64,000 nucleotides of DNA from Granulicella sp. (lineage in GTDB: Bacteria > Acidobacteriota > Terriglobia > Terriglobales > Acidobacteriaceae): NCBI GenBank assembly GCA_027339965.1, contig DAHWNL010000039.1, positions 37,073-101,072 of the forward strand. The letters are read 5' to 3'. Below the pieces are notes generated by a model that worked only from the letters and a program-made list of their open reading frames with translations, searched no databases and was not told the DNA's origin. A program made the position numbers and the translations under genes. Each line of letters opens with the position of its first letter. The first letter of the stretch is position 1. This document shows, in pieces, positions 22,042 through 31,263 of this stretch.

Positions 22042-23409
22042 ATGCGCATAGCAGGTCTGAGAAAAGGATGGATTGTGCTGTTTGGAGGGCTCTTGGGGGC
22101 CAGTTCCCTCTCCGCCGCCGCACAGCAGCCGTCGCTGACGCTACGGCAGGCGATTGACCGGGCGCTGGGAAGGAATCCAGAGATAGCAGCAGCAAAGGCG
22201 GATGCGCAGTCCGCGGGTGCGGGAGCCACCCTAGCGCGAACCGGGTTGTTCCCAACTTTCAACTTCACCGAGGATATCTCGCGCGGCAACGATCCGGTCT
22301 ATGTCTTTGGAACCAGGCTGCGGCAACAGCAGTTCACTCAGAGCGATTTTGCGCTCAACTCGTTGAACAAACCCGCTCCCGTAGGAGACTTCGTTACCCG
22401 ATTCAACGGTTCTTGGAGGATCTTCGACTGGTTTGAAACCCAACAGCAGATGAAGGGCGCCAAGCTGGCGGCTGGAAGTGCGACGGCGGTAAGCGATGCG
22501 GTAGAGCAGGCGACGGTTCTGCGCGTGGTAGAGGCCTATCAGTCGATCTTGTTTGCCCAACGGCGAATTGATGTTGCCCAACACGAGCAGACCACCGCGC
22601 AAGCGCTGCTGGCGGATGCCAAGGCCAACGTAAAAGCCGGGCTGGCTGTGGACTCCGACACACTGGCTGCACAGGTGAACCTCTCCGAGCGGGAGCAGGA
22701 GTTGATTGCCGCCCAGGGAGAGATGGATATTGCCTGGGCCAGGTTGGAGACGGCCATGGGAAGCGCAATGCCGGTTCGCCCGGCATTGACGCCAATCGAA
22801 GCGCGGAACTATCCCGATGGCGTGCTCTCTGAAGAGATTGCCAGTGCCCTGAAGATGCGGCCCGATCTGCACGCGTTGGAAGAGCAACAACGGGCGCAGG
22901 CGGCAGCCACCAAGGCAGCCAGGGATGATTTTGGGCCCAAGGTGAGCGCATACGGCAACTGGGAGATGGACAGGAGTTCCTTTGTCGGCAACGGAGGCAA
23001 CAATTGGGTTGCCGGGGTTCAACTCACGATGGATATCCTCCCGATGGGGAAACGGTCTCGCCTGGCCCAGGAAGAGGCGGCGCGCGAGAAGGCCGCGGCC
23101 CAGGAGCGGACCGGCGAAGACCAGATTCGCCTGGCGGTTCGCCGCGCTTACAGCCAGCATGTGACGGCTGAGCGCATCGTGGCGACAGCTCAGTCCTCCA
23201 TGCGGCAAGCCACTGAAAGCCTCCGGATCATGCGGAACCGTTACAAGGCTGGACTCACCACCATGACGGATCTGCTGCGTGCGGAGGATGCCCGGCGGTT
23301 GAGCCAGACCGATTACTGGCAAGCGGTTTATGGAAACACCATGGCGTATGCCGAGTTGCTCTATGCCACCGGCGCGCTTACTCCTGACTCAGCGGAGAAT
23401 CTGCAATGA
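22042..23409 (+). CDS. TolC family outer membrane efflux protein
   Basis: Signal peptide, LTLRQAIDRALGRNP, RYKAGLTTMTDLLRAE; GGAGG RBS. Confidence 0.92.
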   Translation: MRIAGLRKGWIVLFGGLLGASSLSAAAQQPSLTLRQAIDRALGRNPEIAAAKADAQSAGAGATLARTGLFPTFNFTEDISRGNDPVYVFGTRLRQQQFTQSDFALNSLNKPAPVGDFVTRFNGSWRIFDWFETQQQMKGAKLAAGSATAVSDAVEQATVLRVVEAYQSILFAQRRIDVAQHEQTTAQALLADAKANVKAGLAVDSDTLAAQVNLSEREQELIAAQGEMDIAWARLETAMGSAMPVRPALTPIEARNYPDGVLSEEIASALKMRPDLHALEEQQRAQAAATKAARDDFGPKVSAYGNWEMDRSSFVGNGGNNWVAGVQLTMDILPMGKRSRLAQEEAAREKAAAQERTGEDQIRLAVRRAYSQHVTAERIVATAQSSMRQATESLRIMRNRYKAGLTTMTDLLRAEDARRLSQTDYWQAVYGNTMAYAELLYATGALTPDSAENLQ

Positions 23410-24578
23410 AGAGCTCGATCAAGTCCTTGTACCCTCTGTTTTCCTTACCCTTGTTGTTTTCCATGTCCGTGGCGCTGCCGACGGGTTGTTCCAGGCAGGC
23501 ACCGCCCGTGGCTCAAGCTCCGGTGAGCGTCTCCGCGCAACTTGTCAAAAGCGTTCGACAACCAGAGCCCCAGTGGGTGTGGACCAACGGAACCGTGCAT
23601 GCGGTGGAGTCGGCTCAGATCTCTGCGCAAGTGCCCCAACCCATCCGCCAGGTGTTGGTGCAGGCTGGTGCGCATGTCCGCACCGGCCAGGTGCTGGTGA
23701 TCCTGGACGACGCGGCGATGCGCGCAGCGCTGAACCGAGCTAACGCCGCCGAGGCTGCCGTGGAGAAAGAGTGGATGGCGGCGCGCACCGATGCTTCGCT
23801 GGCCGCCGGCACGCTGGCTCGCTACCAGGAACTGAGGCAGCAAAACAGCGTGAGTCCACAGGAGTTCGATGAGGTGGAGAAGCGCTCGGAAGCTGCTCAA
23901 CTGCACGTGCAGTCAGTCGGCGCAGAGCGCGAAGAGGCGCAGGCGGCGGTGGCGGAGGCTGAGACAGAACTGGGATATACACGGCTGCGAGCGCCGTACA
24001 GCGGTGTGATCACGGCGCGGCTGGCCGATCCTGGAACGCTGGCATCCCCCGGGACGCCGCTGTTGCAGATAGATCACGATGGACCTATGCAACTGTATAC
24101 GCAGGTGGATGAGTCGCTGATCAGTACGGTGCGAGTGGGGATGAAGGTGCCAGTGAAGATGGAAGGCGCGCCCTCGGCGACCGCGGTCGCCGGAACATCC
24201 TCAGGGTTCGGTGAGGATCTGGTGGCAACCGTAGCCCAGATCGTTCCCGCAGCAGACCCTTCCAGCCGCAGCTTTCAGGTGAAGCTGCAGCTCCCGCCAG
24301 CCAATGGGATCCGTGTGGGAATCTATGGAACCGCGGGCTTCCAGAGCGGAGCCCGAGTGATGATCCTGGCGCCGCGTTCGGCAGTGGTGATGCGAGGCTC
24401 CCTGGCCTGCGTCTACGCCCTGGATAGCCATGGCCTGGCACAACTGCGATACGTCACCTTGGGCAACCAGCATGGGGATCAATTGGAGATTCTCTCCGGG
24501 CTCTCCGGCGGGGAGGATCTAGTGAATGATCCGGGGGAACGGGATCTCTCGGGAGCGCGGATTGAGGGTCAGCCATGA
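23406..24578 (+). CDS. RND efflux periplasmic adaptor subunit
   Basis: Lipobox-like PTGC, LRAPYSGVITAR..DPG, DPSSRSFQVK, EILSGL. Confidence 0.93.
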   Translation: MKSSIKSLYPLFSLPLLFSMSVALPTGCSRQAPPVAQAPVSVSAQLVKSVRQPEPQWVWTNGTVHAVESAQISAQVPQPIRQVLVQAGAHVRTGQVLVILDDAAMRAALNRANAAEAAVEKEWMAARTDASLAAGTLARYQELRQQNSVSPQEFDEVEKRSEAAQLHVQSVGAEREEAQAAVAEAETELGYTRLRAPYSGVITARLADPGTLASPGTPLLQIDHDGPMQLYTQVDESLISTVRVGMKVPVKMEGAPSATAVAGTSSGFGEDLVATVAQIVPAADPSSRSFQVKLQLPPANGIRVGIYGTAGFQSGARVMILAPRSAVVMRGSLACVYALDSHGLAQLRYVTLGNQHGDQLEILSGLSGGEDLVNDPGERDLSGARIEGQP

Positions 24579-27500
24579 AAGAGCCCGGGAAAGACAATTT
24601 GCTAAGACACCGGCAACTCGGTCCAGCGGGCCATCTGGCCCACGCCTTTCTGGACTCCAAGTTGACTCCGCTGATTATCCTGGCATCGCTCGTCCTGGGT
24701 ATCTTCGCGGTGGTGGCGATTCCGCGCGAGGAAGACCCCCAGATCCTGGTGCCGATGCTGGATGTGATGACCGCGATGCCGGGCAGCTCTCCACAGGAGG
24801 TGGAACAGCGGGTCACCAACCCGATTGAAGCTCTCATGCACCAGATCCCAGGAGTGGAGTATGTGTACTCCATCTCCAGCCCGGGGCAGAGCCTGGTGAT
24901 CGTGCGCTTCCTGGTAGGGACGCCAGAGGGTGATGCTCTGGTGAAGGTTTACAACAAGCTCTACGCGAATGAGGACCGGATCCCGGCGGGCGTTTCGCCA
25001 CCGCTGGTGAAGGTACACTCCATCGATGATGTGCCGATTCTTTCGCTCACCTTATGGGGCTCTCACTACAACGGCTATCAGTTGCGCCAGATGGCTGATG
25101 AGGTGGAGCACACCATCCGCGAGATCCCGGACGTCTCTGAAACCACAGTGATCGGAGGTCAACCACGCGCGATGCGCGTCGTTCTGGACAGCACGAAGCT
25201 GGCCGCATTTGGCATCTCTCCCGATGTGGTAGTCCAACGCTTGAGGAGCGCCAATGCCCGCACTCAAGCCGGAGAGTTCGCCGAGGGAAATCAGGAGATT
25301 CAGGTCGACGCGGGCAATGTGTTTCGAAATACCGAAGACCTTGCGGGGGTTGTGGTTGGGGTTGACGGAGGGCGTCCGATCTATCTCCGTGATGTCGCCG
25401 AGAAGATCGTTGATGGGCCGGCCGATTCCACGGACTACGTCCTTTTTGGCAATACGGTGCTGAGCGCCCACGGTTCACCAGCCCAAGAGTATCCCGCGGT
25501 GACCATCGCCATCGCCAAGCGCAAGGGGTCCAACGCCACAGACGTTGCCAACGCGGTATTGAAGCGAATCTCCTCAATGCGTGGGATTACTTTGCCCGCC
25601 GATGTCACCGTTACGACGACCCGAAACTATGGAGAAACGGCGGAGCAGAAGTCCAACACGCTTCTGGAACATCTGTCGTTGGCCACCGTCTCCGTGACGA
25701 TCCTTGTGGCGCTTTTTCTCGGCTGGAGAGAGTCCGGAGTGGTGCTGTTGGCGGTCCCTGTGACCCTGGCGCTGACATTGGCAGTCTTCTATGTGCTGGG
25801 ATACACCCTGAATCGAGTCACGCTGTTTGCCTTGATCTTCAGCATCGGAATCCTGGTGGATGACGCCATTGTGGTGGTGGAGAATATCGTCCGCCACCTG
25901 CGTTTGACCCGAGGCAGCCGGTGCCCGCCGGGCGAAACGGCCGTGATCGCCGTAGCGGAGGTGGGCAATCCTACCATCCTGGCGACCTTTACCGTGATCG
26001 CAGCGATTCTTCCCATGGCCATGGTGCGCGGCCTGATGGGCCCCTACATGCGGCCCATCCCGGTGGGAGCTTCGTTCGCCATGTTGTTCTCGTTGATGGT
26101 GGCCTTCGTGGTCTCTCCCTGGGCAGCGATACGGCTGCTGGGGAGCAAGCACCTGGAAGGAGCGCATACCTTCGAGGAGGAGAAGGAAGGCTGGCTGGTG
26201 AGAGTATACCGGCGGTCCATGCACCCTCTGATCTACAAGGCCAAGACCCGCTGGCTCTTCCTTGGCACGCTGGTTGTTCTGCTGCTGGCCTCCATCGCTC
26301 TGGTGCCGCTGAAGATGGTGCTGGTGAAGATGCTCCCGTTCGATAACAAGAGCGAGTTTCAGGTCATCATCAACATGCCGGATGGAACGCCGCTGGAGCA
26401 GACCACGCGAGTGGCGCAGGCGCTGGGTTCCTGCCTGAGCCGGCAAAATGATGTGCTCAACTATCAGATCTATGCGGGAACCTCCGGGCCATATAACTTC
26501 AACGGACTGGTTCGGCACTACTATATGCGACGTCAGCCCAATCAGGCGGACATTCAAGTGAACCTGCTGCCGCCAGAGGAGCGAAGCCTGCAGAGCCACG
26601 CCATCGCAAAGCAATTGCGTCCTCTACTGGACCAGATAGGGAGCCGTTTCGGAGCCCGCATCCAGGTGGCCGAGGTGCCTCCCGGCCCGCCCGTCTTACA
26701 GACTTTGGTAGCCGAAATCTATGGTCCCAGCCTGCAGGGCCAGGTGGCAATCGCTCGCCAGGTGAAGCAGATCTTCCAAGACACCAACGGGGTTGTGGAT
26801 ACGGATTGGTACATGCAGGATCCCCAACAGCGATTGGTGATGCGTGTGGATGAGGCCAAGGCGGCGCTGCATGGGGTCCCCGTGGCCGAGGTCGCACAGA
26901 CCCTGCAATTGGCGGTATCTGGCCAGGACGCCGGTCTGTTGCACTCCCCCCATGCCCGCGAGGCAGTTCCGACGGTGGTGGAGATGGCTCGTCCGGACCG
27001 CTCCTCCGAGGACGCGCTGGAGAACATCAAACTGAGTGGCGCCGGCGGTGGAATGGTATCGCTGCGGGAGTTGGTGGATGTTGAACACACCACGATTCAA
27101 CCGGATATCTACCATAAAGACCTGAAAAGAGTGGTTTATGTAACAGGCGATGTGGCAGGAGCGGAAGAGAGCCCAGTCTACGCGATTCTGAAGATGAACC
27201 GGGCACTGGACAAGCTGCGGCTCCCGGATGGATCCACTTTGACACGCTATAACGCCGTAGAGCCAGAGTCAACCGATCAATACTCGATGAAGTGGGATGG
27301 TGAGTGGCAGATCACGATCGAGGTCTTTCGTGATCTTGGGCTTGCCTTTGCCGCGGTTCTGGTCCTGATCTACATCCTAGTGGTAGGTTGGTTCCGATCC
27401 TTCATGACGCCGCTGGTCATCATGGTTCCCATACCGCTAACGCTGGTTGGAATCTTCGCCGCGCATGCCATGCTCGGAGCGTTTTTTACCGCGACCTCGA

Positions 27501-27850
27501 TGATCGGTTTCATTGCCGGCGCGGGCATCATCGTTCGCAACTCCATCCTTGTGGTGGACTTCATTGAACTGCGCCTCAAGGAGGGTATGCCGCTGGCGGA
27601 AGCAGTCATAGATGCTGGAGCCGTCCGGCTTCGCCCAGTGCTGCTAACTGCTGCCGGCGTCGTTGTGGGAGCGGCCGCCATTTTGAGTGATCCCATCTTT
27701 CAGGGCCTGGCAATTTCGCTGATCGCGGGTGGAGTTGCATCCACCTTCTTATCCTGGCCTGCCATCCCAGTCCTGTACTACCTCTTGCATCGGGAGCAGG
27801 AAGCGGTCAAGCATCCATCCCACGTCTCGGAGCCGGAAACGGCAAACTAG
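24575..27850 (+). CDS. RND efflux permease (AcrB/CusA superfamily)
   Basis: 1091 aa, PREEDPQI, GILVDDAIVVVENI, RLRPVLLTA. Confidence 0.96.
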   Translation: MKEPGKDNLLRHRQLGPAGHLAHAFLDSKLTPLIILASLVLGIFAVVAIPREEDPQILVPMLDVMTAMPGSSPQEVEQRVTNPIEALMHQIPGVEYVYSISSPGQSLVIVRFLVGTPEGDALVKVYNKLYANEDRIPAGVSPPLVKVHSIDDVPILSLTLWGSHYNGYQLRQMADEVEHTIREIPDVSETTVIGGQPRAMRVVLDSTKLAAFGISPDVVVQRLRSANARTQAGEFAEGNQEIQVDAGNVFRNTEDLAGVVVGVDGGRPIYLRDVAEKIVDGPADSTDYVLFGNTVLSAHGSPAQEYPAVTIAIAKRKGSNATDVANAVLKRISSMRGITLPADVTVTTTRNYGETAEQKSNTLLEHLSLATVSVTILVALFLGWRESGVVLLAVPVTLALTLAVFYVLGYTLNRVTLFALIFSIGILVDDAIVVVENIVRHLRLTRGSRCPPGETAVIAVAEVGNPTILATFTVIAAILPMAMVRGLMGPYMRPIPVGASFAMLFSLMVAFVVSPWAAIRLLGSKHLEGAHTFEEEKEGWLVRVYRRSMHPLIYKAKTRWLFLGTLVVLLLASIALVPLKMVLVKMLPFDNKSEFQVIINMPDGTPLEQTTRVAQALGSCLSRQNDVLNYQIYAGTSGPYNFNGLVRHYYMRRQPNQADIQVNLLPPEERSLQSHAIAKQLRPLLDQIGSRFGARIQVAEVPPGPPVLQTLVAEIYGPSLQGQVAIARQVKQIFQDTNGVVDTDWYMQDPQQRLVMRVDEAKAALHGVPVAEVAQTLQLAVSGQDAGLLHSPHAREAVPTVVEMARPDRSSEDALENIKLSGAGGGMVSLRELVDVEHTTIQPDIYHKDLKRVVYVTGDVAGAEESPVYAILKMNRALDKLRLPDGSTLTRYNAVEPESTDQYSMKWDGEWQITIEVFRDLGLAFAAVLVLIYILVVGWFRSFMTPLVIMVPIPLTLVGIFAAHAMLGAFFTATSMIGFIAGAGIIVRNSILVVDFIELRLKEGMPLAEAVIDAGAVRLRPVLLTAAGVVVGAAAILSDPIFQGLAISLIAGGVASTFLSWPAIPVLYYLLHREQEAVKHPSHVSEPETAN

Positions 27851-28214
27851 AAGGGAGGAGCTAACATCTAGCATAGAGTGAGTCTTTGAGGCGGAATGAC
27901 TGCGTCCCGGGATGTTTCATCCAGCCCCTAGGCTAGCCTCCGCAGCGAAGGAAACTTCCACCTCGACGACGAGATTCACAGCGGACTCTCCGGCAAATAG
28001 ATCTGCTGGAGGCAGGGAGGGCTGAGCAGAAGCACTGAGGCGTTTCGCGATGGCGGTAAGGCAGGAGCCAAAACCGCCTGGACAAGCGAATCTCCAGAAG
28101 TCGTCCACCACGGGCTCAAGAACCAGAAGGTATCTGAGACTTGCTTAACTTCTGTCATCCTTCAAGGCGAGACAAACCCCAGCAATGCGTCGACAACGAT
28201 CCAAGGGAGTATCG

Positions 28215-29669
28215 ATGAGGCACACAAACCGGATCCACATAACCACTCTGTCCGCGGTCATTGCGCTGACCGCAGTTTCTTTGACCACCTGCCCCGCAAC
28301 TCTCGCACAGACTTCGCATGATCTTGTTGCTCAGGAATTCCCGAATCAGTATGATCCAGGGAATCTGCCTGACAGCCGCATGGCGTCGTTGTATCCAAAA
28401 CAATGGACGACGTACGCTTCAGCACCCGGAAGAAATGCCGTCTTTCCCCTTCCCGGCTCGGCCCCACGGGAGTTGAGGGATGGCGTGAAATGGGCCTTCG
28501 CCGGGGCCGGCGCCATTTCGCTTGACGGACCGCCCCTCAGCGGAGACTTCAAGACTACGGCTTATACCATCGGTATGCCGGTAGGGGTCTCCGTCGTCAA
28601 GGGCATTGTCTATGCCGGAGATGACAACGGCTACACCTACGCCCTGAACGCCGCAACAGGAAAGATGATCTGGGCGCACTACGGCTGGAACATGAATATG
28701 AGCAATCCCCTGGTTGACGGCGGCCGCGTCTTCGTCTCTACGGGCAACGCCTACTTCAACTATGCCAAGACAATGGAGTATGTGAAGGGTAGACGAACAG
28801 TGCGGGGGCCGGGTCTGAACACGATCTATGCCCTGGATAGCAGGACCGGGAAGCAGATCTGGGCCTACCATACGCCCGGCGAGATTATGCCGACTCCGGT
28901 CGACATCAATGGCTTCCTTTATGTAGGAACGGGAGACGGCCATGTCTACAAGGTCGATGCGAATGATGGAAAACTCGTCTGGAAGACGGATATCCAATCA
29001 TTCGTCAGCATGTCGTCACCCGTGGCCGGGGCCGGCAACATCTTCCTCGGCGGCACCTACCCCAACTACTTTTATGCCATAAGTCAGACCACAGGGAAGG
29101 TGGCATGGAAGACTACGATTCCGGGTCTGGTAGCCACAGGCATCAGCGATTGCACCCCGGCTTATGCCGCAGGGATTGTGGTCCAGGAGGCGACCATCGA
29201 GTCTGGGAATCCGAATCATCCGGTTGCGAATGTCCTGCTTGCGATGGATGCTAAAACCGGAAAGATCCTTTGGCAATATCGGATGACCAACGGACCCGTA
29301 CCACCAGCGATGAAGACGGCAACGCCGATGATCGATGCGGGTGTTGTTTATGAAGGGAGCCCGGTGAGCGGTAACTATCACGCCTTTGATCTAAAAACGG
29401 GCCGGCAGCTTTGGACGGTTCATCTCGGTAGTTCGATCCGGGCTGGAGCAGCCGTGCTGAATGGAGTAGCCTACATTCCCTATCACCTCGGAGACATCGC
29501 CGCGATTCGCGTCTCCGATGGTAAAATCCTCGGCAAACTGCATATCGGAGGCTCTTTTGGGCCGTCTTCCCCGGTGATCGTTGGGGGGACGCTCTACGTT
29601 TCCAACATCTACGGCTGGGTGAACGCCATTCCACTTACAGAGATTGCCAATCCTGAAGCCAAACACTGA
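28215..29669 (+). CDS. tetH: Secreted PQQ-type beta-propeller protein, probable tetrathionate hydrolase homolog
   Basis: Sec signal and repeated YALxxxTGKxxW blades. Colinear motifs recalled from Acidithiobacillus TetH: NAVFP.P..AP..LRDGVKW.F, TPGEIMPTP, TIPG..TGISD, PAMK..PMI, HIGGSFG..SPVIVGGTLY. Confidence 0.72.
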   Translation: MRHTNRIHITTLSAVIALTAVSLTTCPATLAQTSHDLVAQEFPNQYDPGNLPDSRMASLYPKQWTTYASAPGRNAVFPLPGSAPRELRDGVKWAFAGAGAISLDGPPLSGDFKTTAYTIGMPVGVSVVKGIVYAGDDNGYTYALNAATGKMIWAHYGWNMNMSNPLVDGGRVFVSTGNAYFNYAKTMEYVKGRRTVRGPGLNTIYALDSRTGKQIWAYHTPGEIMPTPVDINGFLYVGTGDGHVYKVDANDGKLVWKTDIQSFVSMSSPVAGAGNIFLGGTYPNYFYAISQTTGKVAWKTTIPGLVATGISDCTPAYAAGIVVQEATIESGNPNHPVANVLLAMDAKTGKILWQYRMTNGPVPPAMKTATPMIDAGVVYEGSPVSGNYHAFDLKTGRQLWTVHLGSSIRAGAAVLNGVAYIPYHLGDIAAIRVSDGKILGKLHIGGSFGPSSPVIVGGTLYVSNIYGWVNAIPLTEIANPEAKH

Positions 29670-29954
29670 ACTATTTTTACTGTGGATAAAACTGTCATAC
29701 AGACTTGCAGCGGTCTCTCGATCGAGAGCAAGACCGAGCGTTCTCACGATGTCTGCCGGCGAAAGATAATGCGACCCTTCTTGACCGTCAGAAGCAGAAG
29801 AACATGGGATAAGCCGTCCGAAAGAGATGGCGTCTGCGGTAGTTCGAAGTTTTTAGCTGGATCTTCAATAACCACTCCAGCTCTGTCCTGGCCTGGTAAA
29901 AACAGGCTTAAACTTAACCGAAGCATGAATGAATTTAAGGTAAGGAGGATTACC

Positions 29955-30164
29955 ATGACTGTTGATCGCGTACTTCGTATGCTTGCCGGCACTGTTATCC
30001 TCATCTCACTGGGTCTCGCGCATTGGGTCTCACCTGACTGGTTGTGGTTGACAGCGTTTGTAGGTCTAAACCTGTTCCAGTCCGCGTTTACGAACTGGTG
30101 CCCCATGATGACCGTCCTGCGGATGATGAAAGTGCCGGAATCGGGCGCGGTGAAATGCGGATGA
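29955..30164 (+). CDS. DUF2892 / YgaP-like transmembrane protein
   Basis: MTVDRVLRMLAG...LTAFVGLNLFQSAFTNWCP; strong AAGGAGG RBS. Confidence 0.9.
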   Translation: MTVDRVLRMLAGTVILISLGLAHWVSPDWLWLTAFVGLNLFQSAFTNWCPMMTVLRMMKVPESGAVKCG

Positions 30165-30769
30165 ACGAGAGAACATTTCCCGCCTCTCAAGCACAGCGTC
30201 TAGAAGATCCGGAGCGGCTGGTGTGGCTCCCACCGGCGGAGGTGCTCTCCGCATTGGGAATCCAAAACGGTATGACGGTTGCAGACATTGGCGCCGGTAC
30301 GGGCTATTTTTCCTTGCCGCTCGCCGCCGCTGCAGGCCCCACAGGACGAGTGTATGCCGTAGATGCCCAGGAAGAGATGCTGGATTGGATCAACAAAAAG
30401 ATCCAGAAGAACAGGGCAACTGACGGAGCACCACTCGCCGAGATTGTTCTTGTGCACGCCGATGCGACGGCCACCACATTGCCGGACGCAAGCTGTCATG
30501 TTTACTGGTGCGCTAACGTGTGGCATGAGTTGGAGGAACGTGCCAAGGTACTTGCGGAGGCCAAGCGGGTGCTAAAGCCAGGAGGCAGACTCGCCCTTTT
30601 GGATTGGCGGCCTGATGTCGAGCGGATCGCCGGACCTCCATTGGACCACAGAATAACCACCGAGGCGGTGATGGAGGAGCTAAAGAGTTCGGGCTTCCAG
30701 GGTGCGTCGACTGGCTGTGTTGGTCCATATTCCTGGCTAGTCCAGGCAGATGCATCCCCATCAAATTGA
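30161..30769 (+). CDS. Class I SAM-dependent methyltransferase
   Basis: VADIGAGTGY, VYAVD, RVLKPGGRL; ATGA overlap with DUF2892. Confidence 0.92.
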   Translation: MNERTFPASQAQRLEDPERLVWLPPAEVLSALGIQNGMTVADIGAGTGYFSLPLAAAAGPTGRVYAVDAQEEMLDWINKKIQKNRATDGAPLAEIVLVHADATATTLPDASCHVYWCANVWHELEERAKVLAEAKRVLKPGGRLALLDWRPDVERIAGPPLDHRITTEAVMEELKSSGFQGASTGCVGPYSWLVQADASPSN

Positions 30770-30820
30770 AATACTTCGGCGAAGGCTGAAGAACGAACAA
30801 TCAGAAGAGGAGCTGTGCAG

Positions 30821-31210
30821 ATGGAAGTGAAGCTTACCCACCCCGGGAAGATGAGGTTTCGCGTTGAGGCAAGGAGCCATGTCATCGAGAGCGATCAGCC
30901 CTTGGAGGCCGGCGGCGAGGATAAGGGAATGACACCCCTGGAGCTGTTGTTGGCTTCTCTAGCATCGTGTGCAGGCTTCTATGCCTCTCAGTACCTCTCC
31001 AGCCGCAAACTGGCCGACCACGGAGTGGAGGTCGTTGTCACTGCCGAGAAGTTGAAGGATCCGCCACGACTCGGAAACTTTGTAATCAAGGTGAAGAGCC
31101 CGGTAAGCCTGACGGAGGATCAACGTGTGGGGATGGAGCGTTCGGTACACCGATGCACCATTCACCAGACGCTCATCAACACGCCCAAGATCGATATCGA
31201 ACTGGAGTGA
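30821..31210 (+). CDS. OsmC/Ohr family protein
   Basis: DQP..AGGEDKGMTPLELLLASLASC and a second Cys in RCTIHQTL. Confidence 0.92.
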   Translation: MEVKLTHPGKMRFRVEARSHVIESDQPLEAGGEDKGMTPLELLLASLASCAGFYASQYLSSRKLADHGVEVVVTAEKLKDPPRLGNFVIKVKSPVSLTEDQRVGMERSVHRCTIHQTLINTPKIDIELE

Positions 31211-31263
31211 GAGAGCAATGGTGCTTCATCAAAGTGGAGCGCTCTGTGAGCCATGACGCCTTC

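Noticed and set aside
28215..29669. BamB or PQQ-dependent dehydrogenase call
   Set aside because: No lipobox or bam/der context, shorter than typical quinoprotein alcohol dehydrogenases, and TetH-specific segments fit better.
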